Position numbers and translations under genes: made by a program. A stretch of 63,996 bases of DNA, the filler included, from Stramenopiles sp. TOSAG23-6 (lineage: Eukaryota): NCBI GenBank assembly GCA_900128565.1. It is 3 parts of 3 records of this genome, joined end to end, with 100 filler letters (N's around TTAATTAATTAA, not from the genome) between each part and the next. Parts side by side here need not be neighbours in the genome. Positions count along the whole stretch, not along the records: positions 25,131 to 50,045 come from LT635999.1; positions 50,146 to 63,996 come from LT636157.1; 1 more part is not named here. One strand, written 5' to 3'. Below the pieces are notes generated by a model. The model had not been told where the DNA came from, did not search any database, and worked only from the letters and a program-made list of their open reading frames with translations. Shown piece by piece: positions 46,034 to 56,242 of this stretch; within the stretch, counting starts at the first letter, position 1, and the number at the start of each line of letters is the position of its first letter.

Positions 46034-46376
46034 TCAAAAGTAACTACAATATAACAATTGGAGCTGACCCGAATGAGCTCGAATACAATTTATGTATAAT
46101 TTACTTTAATAGAAGATGCCGAGATACCTATTATTGTAATACAAGTCTTTCGCGCGTGCCTGTCAAGGTTGATTTTTAGTTGATTTAGATTGTGTTTTTT
46201 TTTGGGAGTGTTTTCGCGCGTGCCAAAGTCGAAAAACAAAAGAAACATGCTGGTACCGGGTATCTATATCGCTGTCATAAAAAATTGCTGGTATAATTTT
46301 GATATATGATATCAATTCAATCCAACAAGTTGTTGCAGTTTGCACTTATTTACTGTTTTTTTATTTCTACAATACA

Positions 46377-46985
46377 ATGCGTCTCTTTTTAGTTGCTTGT
46401 GCGATCGTCTTTACCAGTATATATGGTGAAGATATGCGAATTCTTGTTGGAGAGGTGAAGGGGGATTTTGAATTACTCGGTTCCCTATGCTTTGAACAAA
46501 CGATGGACGAACAAGACAAAGTAACTACGTTGAATATTACACTAAATGCTAAAACGGGAGGTACCCTTATGTTCTTCGATGACCAAGCTAGTTCATTTAT
46601 AGCTGTGGATTCGGCACCTGAAGTCAATAGTAAAATGCTAACTTGTGAAGATAAAGTAAACCTTGCCAAAACGGGACGAATTAGCTACGGTCCCGGAGAA
46701 ACGACGACAACATATACTATCACAGAGCATTACAAACGGCAGTGGTATGCTGTCGCCGCAAATTGTGGCGGAAAGGTGGAATTGAATTCTTACGAAATTA
46801 CCTCCTCCGGAGCAATTGACTGTTCTGATGTCCATGATGAAAGATCGCTCGCGCCTTACACAGTATCAATTGTTTTCCTCAGTGTTATTGCCGTTGTTCT
46901 TGTTGGTGTTTCGGCAATGCTCTTTCAACATGGCAAACGATCTCCTGTTGTGGAAGACTCTTCCCTCACATACAATGAGTTATAA
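46377..46985 (+). CDS. Single-pass membrane protein, GPR180/TMEM145 ectodomain-like
   Basis: Signal peptide, LGSLCF, RQWYAVAANCG, one C-terminal TM. Confidence 0.55.
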   Translation: MRLFLVACAIVFTSIYGEDMRILVGEVKGDFELLGSLCFEQTMDEQDKVTTLNITLNAKTGGTLMFFDDQASSFIAVDSAPEVNSKMLTCEDKVNLAKTGRISYGPGETTTTYTITEHYKRQWYAVAANCGGKVELNSYEITSSGAIDCSDVHDERSLAPYTVSIVFLSVIAVVLVGVSAMLFQHGKRSPVVEDSSLTYNEL

Positions 46986-47348
46986 TCTTTTGAATATTTA
47001 TGAGCAGCTGTCTTTGTTATCTATCTTGAATTTAAGCTATTAATTTAAGCTATTATTGAATTTTGTTAGACGTATCGTATAGTTGATTAGTCAGAACCAA
47101 TCTTTTTTATTTTCATAGGATTTTCATAGGAATTCCGCAAACAAGCTTACGAAAACGCAACAGGACAAAATGGTCAATCTATTCTATTTTATTTTTTATA
47201 TTCTATCTTTTTATTTCTAATAAAAAATATACAGAATGTTTTAAAATTGTACTTGGTATTTTTCTGTTTACCATGAAAAATTAATATATTATATTAGAAA
47301 AAAACCCGTCAAGGTTTAGTTAATGGTTTCCTATTAGAAAAAACCCCG

Positions 47349-48752
47349 TCAAGGTTTAGTTAATGGTTTCCTAGCGGTAAAAAATGCAGTGTTATAAACA
47401 GTTCCCATCATAGATAATCCATCGGAAGCATATGTCGAATGTCGTTTTTCTTCTCTTCTTATTATAAAACCGAAAGACTTAACTACATATTTTGTAAAAA
47501 AATATGTCAAGTTTGCATTTTGTTAGATCTAAAAAAATATAGGATTTGAAATTGAATAGGTACAAAGAAAAACATAGAAACTAAAAGTAACGAAGAAAAC
47601 TTACATGAATGAGTTCATCATAGCTCAGCTCTATTGACTGCTCATATCGACAATCATTTTCACCCACTGAAGCATTAGCCCAATGATACAAAAGAGGTCC
47701 CATATTTATCCACACACCTCCGGGTTTTAATAATTTCCATATTAATTTGATATATCGTGAAAACATATATTACATTTGAAATTTGTTAGGTATGGAATTC
47801 TCATTGATTATTTTTTTTAAATATTGATGAAAACATACATATAATCAAATATATTCGGTGCTGTATCTATAAAAAAACATGTCAAAATAGCATCCCAGTT
47901 ACTAGATTGCTTACTATACACTTCCAAAAACTCACCAGCACACATCGAAACATTCAGGCCAGGATTTTTATGCATTACGTCCATTGGAGATAGGTCTGGA
48001 ATATATATAGGTCGCGCCATGTTGGCATTTGACCAATTATTGCATCTCTTATCTATCCAAGGATGAATACAAATTTCGTCGACATGAGAAGTTTTATTGA
48101 GCATATAGGTACTGGCTAATAACATAACATATGAAAATTCATTGCCCTGAACTTCATATCCTCGACTGGCCAACTCAAGTACGAGCCTACCCGCGCCACA
48201 ACCTGGGGCAAGAACTCGCTGTACGTTTTTATTGGCGTCAGTTACCGGAAGACAATTTTCCAACTCTTCTAACATTGGAATCATACACTGTGATCGCTCT
48301 TCAGAACCTTCAGACGACCACTCTCTAGAAAGTTGATGGAGAGTACTAACTACTTTTGACATACTATGTCCACTACTTTCGATAACAATATCGTCTCTCT
48401 CAGGAATATGACTTTCATTAGCAATATTTGGTAACGACTGTCGCCCATCAAGTCGCTCTTCCTCTGTAGTTGATTGTTCATGTTGAAAACTATTATAACT
48501 GCTCGCGATTTTCCAACATAAAGAGTTATTCGTATGCACTGCATTCACCAACATATCAATATTGCAACATACACCTTTTTTGCCTCCAGGAAGACGCGAT
48601 AACTGGTCAGGTGAAAGTGATAACATATTGTTTCTTTTTCTGATCACGTCCTTCATAGCATACGCACCATACTCGTTGTAAGATTTAACAACATCAAGAA
48701 AATGTCTACGTTCTTCCTCACTACCCACTTCGGGTAACTTTCCAGATGACAT
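47349..48752 (-). CDS. CARNMT1: Carnosine N-methyltransferase (N2227 family), 3 exons
   Basis: [58 protein letters not shown]. Confidence 0.9.
47487..47604 (-). mobile_element. Diverged GT-AT intron
   Basis: attcat|GTAAGT..TCTAAC..CAAAATAT|gtagtt; gives ELIH-VVKSFGF. Confidence 0.78.
47750..47838 (-). mobile_element. GT-AT intron
   Basis: tatat|GTATGT..TACCTAAC..GATATAT|caaa; gives [16 protein letters not shown]. Confidence 0.82.
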
Positions 48753-49176
48753 TGGATTGAATAAAAATAATTTCGACAAGCTTTAGCTTCAGATAAGTCT
48801 ACAACGGGTAGTGCCACTTAGCCCTGGGGTAGCTAGCTACGAAGTAATACAAGTAGGAGTTTACTACTAGATTCGCTAAGTACTCTATATGTAGTACCTG
48901 TGTAGGTACTTAATGTAATAGTAGTAGTAGTAGTGATGACATTGTGTCTTTGAAAGAGAGTCAGCGCGACGTCGACGTCACGAATTTTGATTTTTTGGCA
49001 TATCGGGATTTTTCGTGTACTACGCTATAACCCCAACCCTAGGTTAGCCAACGGTATTTTGCGCAGTTACAACTTACAAGTATCATCTTTTCTTGTAGTC
49101 TCTGTCAAGTTGATCTGCTCGTTCTTTTAGACGCAATAAACTGACTATCTCAAAACAGTAATAAAACAAAGGTAGC

Positions 49177-49479
49177 ATGGCTGATTATGAAGGATATTCA
49201 AGTCGAGAGGAAGAGGTTGCCGCAATGTTTGCCGCTTGCGACACTGACGGAGATGGTTACGTTGACAACGAAGAACTAGCCAATTTGTTTGTCCAGCTAG
49301 GTTTTGAAGACACCGACAACGACAATTTTGTTAAATACATATCAGAAGTTGCACCTGCAGCATGGTTTGACGATGATCAAAATCAAAAATTAGATTACGA
49401 GGAGTTCGTTATGCTGTATAACTATCTTGTCGATGGTGGTGAGGCTGGAAATGAATATGAAGAAGAGGAAGATTACTAA
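49177..49479 (+). CDS. Small EF-hand calcium-binding protein
   Basis: DTDGDGYVDNEE and DDDQNQKLDYEE loops. Confidence 0.8.
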   Translation: MADYEGYSSREEEVAAMFAACDTDGDGYVDNEELANLFVQLGFEDTDNDNFVKYISEVAPAAWFDDDQNQKLDYEEFVMLYNYLVDGGEAGNEYEEEEDY

Positions 49480-49645
49480 CGAGAAGATACTGAACATTGG
49501 CTGTCTTTATTTTATAAAATAACAAAGAAATATAACTTCTTTGATATATATATCATGAAGTTTTGCTTTAAAAATAAAAAATATTCATATAGAAACTTTT
49601 TTTGAACGTCCATCGTAACACCTTTATTGATTTTCTTATATTATT

Positions 49646-49991
49646 TTATTGGTTTTCTTGTATTATTTTTGGATATATTATATCATAATGACCAGGTCTA
49701 AAAAGGAGCAAGACTAAAGGGTTTTCACTCTCAGGAAACGTGTGATGGTTTAACGTGCCACCAGTGCCATCCAAATAAGCTATACGACATGCTACATTTG
49801 GTAAAGCAGAACTTAAAGCAGTGATCTGAACTTGATCAACATCTTTTGCCATAGCTTCTACCTGAGAAGAACAAAATTTCTCAATGCCAAGGCCAGGGTG
49901 TAACGCATCTATAAATGGAACGAAGCTGTTTGGATTTTCCTTTATGTGAACCGCAGTGAGTACACGTAAGTAACAAACAATATAATCCGAA
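49646..49991 (-). CDS. OTUB1: Otubain deubiquitinase, last exon (5' part lost at contig end)
   Basis: SDYIVCYLRVLT..FVPFI..FC...VEAM..D.VQITAL..YLD..LLFRPGHYDIIY. Confidence 0.85.
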
Positions 49992-50045
49992 ATGTATTTT
50001 GGAAAAATATTTCAAAAAAAAATCGTTAGGTACAAAATTTCGTAC
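49992..50045 (-). mobile_element. 3' half of introner, truncated by contig end
   Basis: GTACGAAATTTTGTACCTAAC..CCAAAATACAT|. Confidence 0.8.
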
Positions 50046-50145
50046 NNNNNNNNNNNNNNNNNNNNNNNNNNNNNNNNNNNNNNNNNNNNTTAATTAATTA
50101 ANNNNNNNNNNNNNNNNNNNNNNNNNNNNNNNNNNNNNNNNNNNN
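50046..50145. other. Artificial contig linker (N-TTAATTAATTAA-N)
   Basis: Six-frame stop linker inside an N run. Confidence 0.95.
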
Positions 50146-50228
50146 GNAAAAATNTTTNAAAAAAAAAAACGTTAGGTACAACATTTCGTACGAAAAAAAA
50201 ATCGAAATTGAAAAAAAATAAAAAATAT
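50146..50228 (-). mobile_element. Introner copy at contig edge, donor reads ATATTT
   Basis: Internal TTTCGTACGAAATGTTGTACCTAAC matches the family; low-quality edge. Confidence 0.65.
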
Positions 50229-51224
50229 ATATTTCCATGCATTGCGCCAAACTATACTAGTTAATGCAAAAATAGCAGCATCTTTAGGAAGTTGTTTAAT
50301 AATTTTGTCCCAATTTACTTTTGGTAATTTTGCAATGCGTTCAAGACTGTGCCAATATGGATTATAATGCCAATGCGCTGGTTCTGTTTTACTATTATCA
50401 ATATCTTTACTATGAATAGTATTATTATTATGATTATCTTTACTATGATTATTATTACTATTACGAATATCTGTACCAACAACAGAACCAAAATAATAAA
50501 TTTCCAAAGGTTGTAGAGCTCCAGAGGAAGGATTGGCTCGGAGAGAATATTTAACACCTCTTCCTTGACTTTTCCAAGCTGTTAGACCTGCCGCGTCATG
50601 AAGAAGTACACCGAGAGATTCTATGGACCATATCTTGGTTTTAAAAGGTAGTTTTGTAGATATACTCGATTGAGGAAGATCTATACTCATAGAGCCAAGA
50701 ATACGCCTAAATTTGTCAGGTTGATTTTCCCAGTCCATTTGACCGCCAGAAGCATATAAACCAGGTCTCACATGGCACGATTTAGCGTGATAGCGAATCA
50801 CAGTCGCAACAGTAGGTGAAATATCCATTTCTTCTGCAGCTATTAATTGCTCAGATTTCAAGCGTTCTGCATCACGAGACAAAGCCTGAGTCAAACGTGC
50901 CCTTTTCTGCATCTTTACAATATCTTTTTCTTTCGCTTCCCGTACATATCCTGAATCATCAATGGGTACATATGCCATACCTCCTTGGTCAAGTTCAACC
51001 AAATATGGAGCAACTTGATCAGATGACCAGTGAGATTCTCTGTGATGTAAACTTATAATACGAGCAACTTTCCATCCACTACGACCCATATTGACAAGTA
51101 CAGTATCGTCGACATTAAAACGTAAATCTGTACAAGTTCCTTCGCCAACACAAGTTTCGTCTTCCATCTTTGCAGAAATTATTCCAAAAAAACAACAAAT
51201 GAATAAAAATGATATTCTTGGCAT
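50229..51224 (-). CDS. SagB/ThcOx-type nitroreductase-family protein with signal peptide (3' truncated)
   Basis: MDWENQPDKFR, YSLRANPSSGALQPLEIY, YNPYWHSLE, SIVWRNAWKY. Confidence 0.75.
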
Positions 51225-51642
51225 ATTACGAATGTATCGTGATTAGCGTATACTAGAAACAGACAACAACTTGATTTAGCTAATGATGAATAGTACTCAA
51301 ATTCGTGGTAGCTTTTTTTTGTTATTCAATCTGAAATCAATCTGATTTTAAAAATGCAATCTGAAATCTGAAAATGTAATCTGAAATCAATTCAATCATA
51401 ATGTTTTGTGTGCGTTTTGTGTGAGTTTGTGTTCGTGTTTGTCATCTGATGTCAAAACACGACCGTTTTTTTCAGTTAAAATTTCCAAATCTATCACTAC
51501 TATCTACAGTATAATAATAATAATCATCACATAAAATATACACAAAAATTTCTCTAGTTCCTAGGCTATAGCTACCATACTACAAAAGTAAATTTTCAAC
51601 AAAAACATATTTTTCAAACTTTTAATTTATTTTCATCAAAAG

Positions 51643-53687
51643 TTATGGAAGTTGAGAATTACACGGCCATTGAGGACTATTAAGAGGATCAAATGTCTCT
51701 TTGATTGTCCTTGCAGAAGTCCATTTTAAGTTATTCAATATGGTACCTGTCTTATCATTCGTACCTGATTTACGAGAGCCACCAAAGGGTTGTTCCCCAA
51801 CAGCAGCACCTGTACATTTATCATTTACATAAAAGTTACCAGCTGCATTTTGTAGTATGTTTTTTGGAAAAATATTTGAAAAAAAAAAACTTAAATTTGT
51901 TAGGTACAACATTTCGTACGAAAACCAAAAAAAAAAATCGAATTTAAAAAAAAATAAAACATACATAGAGTCTGCAACACGAACTGCTCGTCTGCATTCA
52001 GAAAATATTGAGCCAGTCAGAGCATATTCAGATGTTTCATTACATATCTCAAGTGTTGCTTCATAATCTGCTGCATCATACGTATGTATTTTGGAAAAAT
52101 ATTTAAAAAACAAAATCTAAAAAAAATTGTTAGGTACAAAATTTCGTACGAAACCAAAAAAAAACAAAAAAAAAAACAATTCAAATTTTCAAAAAAATAA
52201 AACATACATATACTGTTAGTACAGGTCCAAATAATTCATCACACATTGTCGAATATTTTGGATTCTTGGTAACAATAATTGTAGGTTCAATGAAAAATCC
52301 CTTTGAATCATCATATTTTCCTCCTACAAGAACTTCACAATCAGATGATGCATTTGCTTCATCAAGATACTTTGCAATATTATCAAACGAGCTACGATCA
52401 ATTACAGCCGTCATGAAACTGCCAAAATCAGTTGAACAACCTACTTTTAGTGTATTTGTAGCTGCAATGAGTTTATCCTTTACCTCATTCTCCCAGGAAT
52501 GTTCTGGAATATATGTATTATGAAGAAATATTTTACATTCAAAAGTAAAAAAAAATGTTAGGTACAAAATTGTCTATGAAAAAAAAAAAAAAATTCGAAA
52601 TTGAAAAAAAATAAAACATACATAATCGACTTGTGGCTGAACATTTTTGGCCTTGATAATCAAATGCTCCACGTGCAGTATGATTCACTACAGAATCCAT
52701 GTCTGCACTCTCATGTACGAAATGAAAGTTTTTACCTCCCGTTTCTCCAACGACACGCGGATATGATTTGTAACTTGCAATATTTTCAGCAACACACTGC
52801 CAAATTGTATGAAACGTACCAGTACTACCCGTGAAATTTACTCCACCAAGATCTTTGTGTGGAATCGCAACATTGCCTACTGTTGATCCACTACAAGGGA
52901 TGAAATTAATTACACCATCAGGAAGTCCAGCTTCCTTGAAAATTTTCATGACAAGCCAACTTTCGTGTACAGCAGTAGATGAAGGTTTAAAAAGGACAGT
53001 ATTTCCCATTAACGCTGGAATTCCAGATAAATTTGCACCAAGAGCACAAAAATTAAATGGAGCAACCGCCAAGACAAAACCTTCTAATGCACGATGTTCA
53101 ATACGATTCCAGTAGTTTTGAGCGCGGTACAAGGAAGGTGGTTGAATACTGTAAATCTCGGATGCATTCTTTACACCAAAGCGGANAAAATCTGAAATCT
53201 CTGAATTATCAATATCAGCTTCACGAGGAGTTTTTCCTGTACCCAACATTATAGAGGCATTTAGTTCTTCACGGTATTTTCCAGCACATAAGTCTGCAAC
53301 TTTAAGAAATACAGCAGCTCGGTCTTCAAACGGCCAATTAGCCCATTCACGTGCCTCTGTGCTCATGGCCGCATCTATTGCTGACTGAATTGTAGCTTCA
53401 TCTGCCAGATGGAATTTACAAATCTCGTGACCATGCTCCGTTGGCATAACCTGACTTACCGTGTTTCCAGTAAAGACATCTTTACCATTGATAATGCATG
53501 GAATTTCCACATGGCTTGCATACAACTTGTCTACTTCTTCTCGAAGCTTGGCACGATCCGAAGAACCAGGAGCGTACGTCTTTGGAATCTCATTTCGAAT
53601 CCAACTGAAATCCCAATTAGCAAAACCTGATACAGCTCGCGTTGGTAGCCTAGCTAAAGTCATCCTACGTACACTAGAGGAAAGCAT
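51643..53687 (-). CDS. ALDH4A1: Delta-1-pyrroline-5-carboxylate dehydrogenase, 4 exons
   Basis: APFNF, FTGSTGTF, GETGGKNFH, GQKCSA, ELFGPVL, AAGNFYVNDKCTGA, QPFGGSRKSGTNDK. Confidence 0.93.
51857..51964 (-). mobile_element. Introner-like GT-AT intron
   Basis: tctat|GTATGT..TACCTAAC..CCAAAAAACAT|acta; gives ADS-I-LQNAAGNFY. Confidence 0.85.
52084..52207 (-). mobile_element. Introner-like GT-AT intron
   Basis: gtatat|GTATGT..AAAATACAT|acgtat; gives GPVLTVY-TYD. Confidence 0.83.
52513..52621 (-). mobile_element. Introner-like GT-AT intron
   Basis: ttat|GTATGT..TACCTAAC..TAATACAT|atatt; gives KCSATSRL-Y-IP. Confidence 0.87.
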
Positions 53688-54004
53688 CTTCTTGTTTTTT
53701 TGAGCCAATCTATTTTTTAACTGTGTTTCTTCTAAAGTTTGTGTGTTTGTTTCTAACTTTTTCGCAAATCAAAATAAAATCAATCGAAATGGACGGTCAA
53801 AATTTGATCATTAATAAATTTGTTATTTAGGGTTAGGGTTCAGGTTCAGATTGAACTTTGTGTTCAAATCAAAATCAAATATAACCATTAATAATAATAT
53901 ATAGTAGTAGATCCTAATGACTAATCATATATACAAAAAACACAAAAAACAATTATTTTTTTAAAAAACTTGTATTCATTTATCTTTCAATTTCTCAAGT
54001 TATC

Positions 54005-54853
54005 TCAATTTAGCTTGAGAAAAAAATGTTTGATTTGTTCATAAGAACAAAAAAATGCAATAGTCCATGGAACATTTCTTGCACAATAAGGAATAAAACC
54101 TTTATAAAATGATCTTGGTCCTTCATGTTTTAATACTTGTTGAATGCAATGTATTGTTCCACGATACATTTTTGGATCTTCGGCAGTCATGCGTCTAGTT
54201 TTAATAAAATCTAATGGAGTTGTTAAAGAAGCCCCGACAAGACCAGAACATATTCCAGAGAAAATATGCAAATCCATTCGATCCGCATATCCTCTTTCAA
54301 TACATGCTGTTTTAACAGCATCATATGTCACCAGTTCAGACGCGTTTGCAACCGCAGCTCTTTGAACAGTTTGACCAACACCTAGGTATAAACCTCTAAA
54401 TCCAGTTTCCTTTATAATAGTTCTAAAAGTATGATATACTCCACGATATTTGTTCATTCCGTGAGACTGATTCTGTAATAATAAACGTACTCGGTCAGTT
54501 GGTGAAGCAATTGCAGATGCTACTGAACCTGAGAACAATCCTGCGGTAACTTTCTGATAGAAAGAGACAACACCATCCTGAGATTTTGAGAGGCTATTCT
54601 TCACAGAGTCATACATACCAACACGCAAAGTTCCATAAATTGCCTGACGCATTAAACTTGGTACTATACCTTTCCAAAATGCAAATGGTCCCTCTTTATT
54701 CAGTATATTCATAATGAGTGAACTAGAAGGAATAGCTCTTCCTATTGTGTTTTGTCTCCTTACTTTAATAACGTCAAATGGGGATGAAACTACGTCGCCT
54801 ACCATGCAAGCCACTCCTCCTGATATAAATTTTAAAGGAATAGATTCTGTCAT
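54005..54853 (-). CDS. Mitochondrial carrier (SLC25, UCP-like)
   Basis: Three Px[D/E]xx[K/R] motifs (PFDVIK, PTDRVR, PLDFIK). Confidence 0.9.
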   Translation of the reverse strand: MTESIPLKFISGGVACMVGDVVSSPFDVIKVRRQNTIGRAIPSSSLIMNILNKEGPFAFWKGIVPSLMRQAIYGTLRVGMYDSVKNSLSKSQDGVVSFYQKVTAGLFSGSVASAIASPTDRVRLLLQNQSHGMNKYRGVYHTFRTIIKETGFRGLYLGVGQTVQRAAVANASELVTYDAVKTACIERGYADRMDLHIFSGICSGLVGASLTTPLDFIKTRRMTAEDPKMYRGTIHCIQQVLKHEGPRSFYKGFIPYCARNVPWTIAFFCSYEQIKHFFLKLN

Positions 54854-55132
54854 TCTTCTCTACAGTCGTTGTAAAGATAAAAAATATAAAATGGTGAAAA
54901 TCGAAGGATGTGCGTTGGAATAAATATTTCTTCGCACCACGATGTACTAGCTAGGATCTTTTTATAGTTTGTAGTACTTGTATATATATAGTAGTATATA
55001 GTACACAAGAAGCTAGTCACGTGACTATGATTTGAAATTTCCAAGGAACTTTCGGTTTCAAATTCAAAATCAACCGTTATTAAAAAAATATATTGGAACA
55101 AACATGTTTTTCTAATTATTTATATTCAATTT

Positions 55133-55703
55133 TCATATATTATGCTGATTACAAGCGTTCACCGGTTCGTATTCAATCAGCGATACATTATTATCAGACG
55201 CAATACTCTTAGGAGCAGCTGGTGTTGATTGGACGTCATCTGGGAATGGTGAAACTTTCCCCCACTTATCTACAGAAAGACGCATAAAATTTCCTACCAT
55301 GTATTTTGGAAAAATATTTAAAAAAAAAATCGTTAAGTACAAAATTTCGTACGAAAAAAAATAAATTCGAAATTAAAAAAAATAAAACGTACATTATCAC
55401 TTTACTATTGCGTAAAACTACAACATTATTTTCTTGGAGAATTTTTATCTGCTTATCCTGTGCTGAAAACAATACACAACCAGACTCATCCCCAATGAGT
55501 ACATCGGCTTCAAGTAAAACCCTTCCATTAGGGAAATTTGTTTCAAAGATTGTTTTGATTTCTATTACTTTTACAACTAGATTTGCACCACACTCATTTG
55601 GATCTAACTGAGATATAGTAAGATATGATGCTCGAGCAAGATTTGCTCTTTCTGGTGAATTTTCAATAGTATTGGCTGTTGCGTCCAAGGTTGAGTGTTG
55701 CAT
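55133..55703 (-). CDS. Small OB-fold nucleic-acid-binding protein, 2 exons
   Basis: NLVVKV..LIGDESGCVLFSA..LRNSKVIM...MRLSVDKWGKV..NNVSLIEYE. Confidence 0.8.
55299..55392 (-). mobile_element. Introner-like GT-AT intron
   Basis: ataat|GTACGT..TACTTAAC..AAAATACAT|ggta; gives SKVI-M-VGNFMRL. Confidence 0.85.
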
Positions 55704-56242
55704 GATAAATACTGTAGATAATAAGGTCTCTTGAGTGAAATAATAATCGCTTATATGGCTATTATTCTTATAATGTCGACACAGAGTACACAATACTGAT
55801 TCAAATATTTTCAATCAATAGAGTGATGACCTCGACTTTTTCATGTTCTGTCACGATAAACAATGCAAATTCCAATGTTGATTTTCAACTCAACAACATC
55901 AATAATGATCGCGCCGGATCTTGGGGGAGAGAGAGAGAAAGAGAGAGTCTCCCGAGAGAGAATCTTGAAGATCATGAACATCACATCACAATCAAATCAT
56001 GATTGCTTCCGATTATTTATTGATCCGTTAATTAGTAACCGTCGCTTGTTATTGTGTGCTTGTATACGTAGGCAAGTATAATATCATAATAGTTCAAGTT
56101 TCAAGTTTGATAATAAATACACCAGGCACCAAAGTTCAATCTATATCTACATTATTTTATGGAGGAAACTCTTTACCAGGCTGCCACCGATATATCTATA
56201 TATATATATCATCAGAAAACTATTTTCATATAGTTAAATAGT

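Noticed and set aside
47293-47372. 40-bp tandem duplication at the CARNMT1 stop
   Set aside because: Simple local duplication; only two units with no spacer, so not CRISPR-like.
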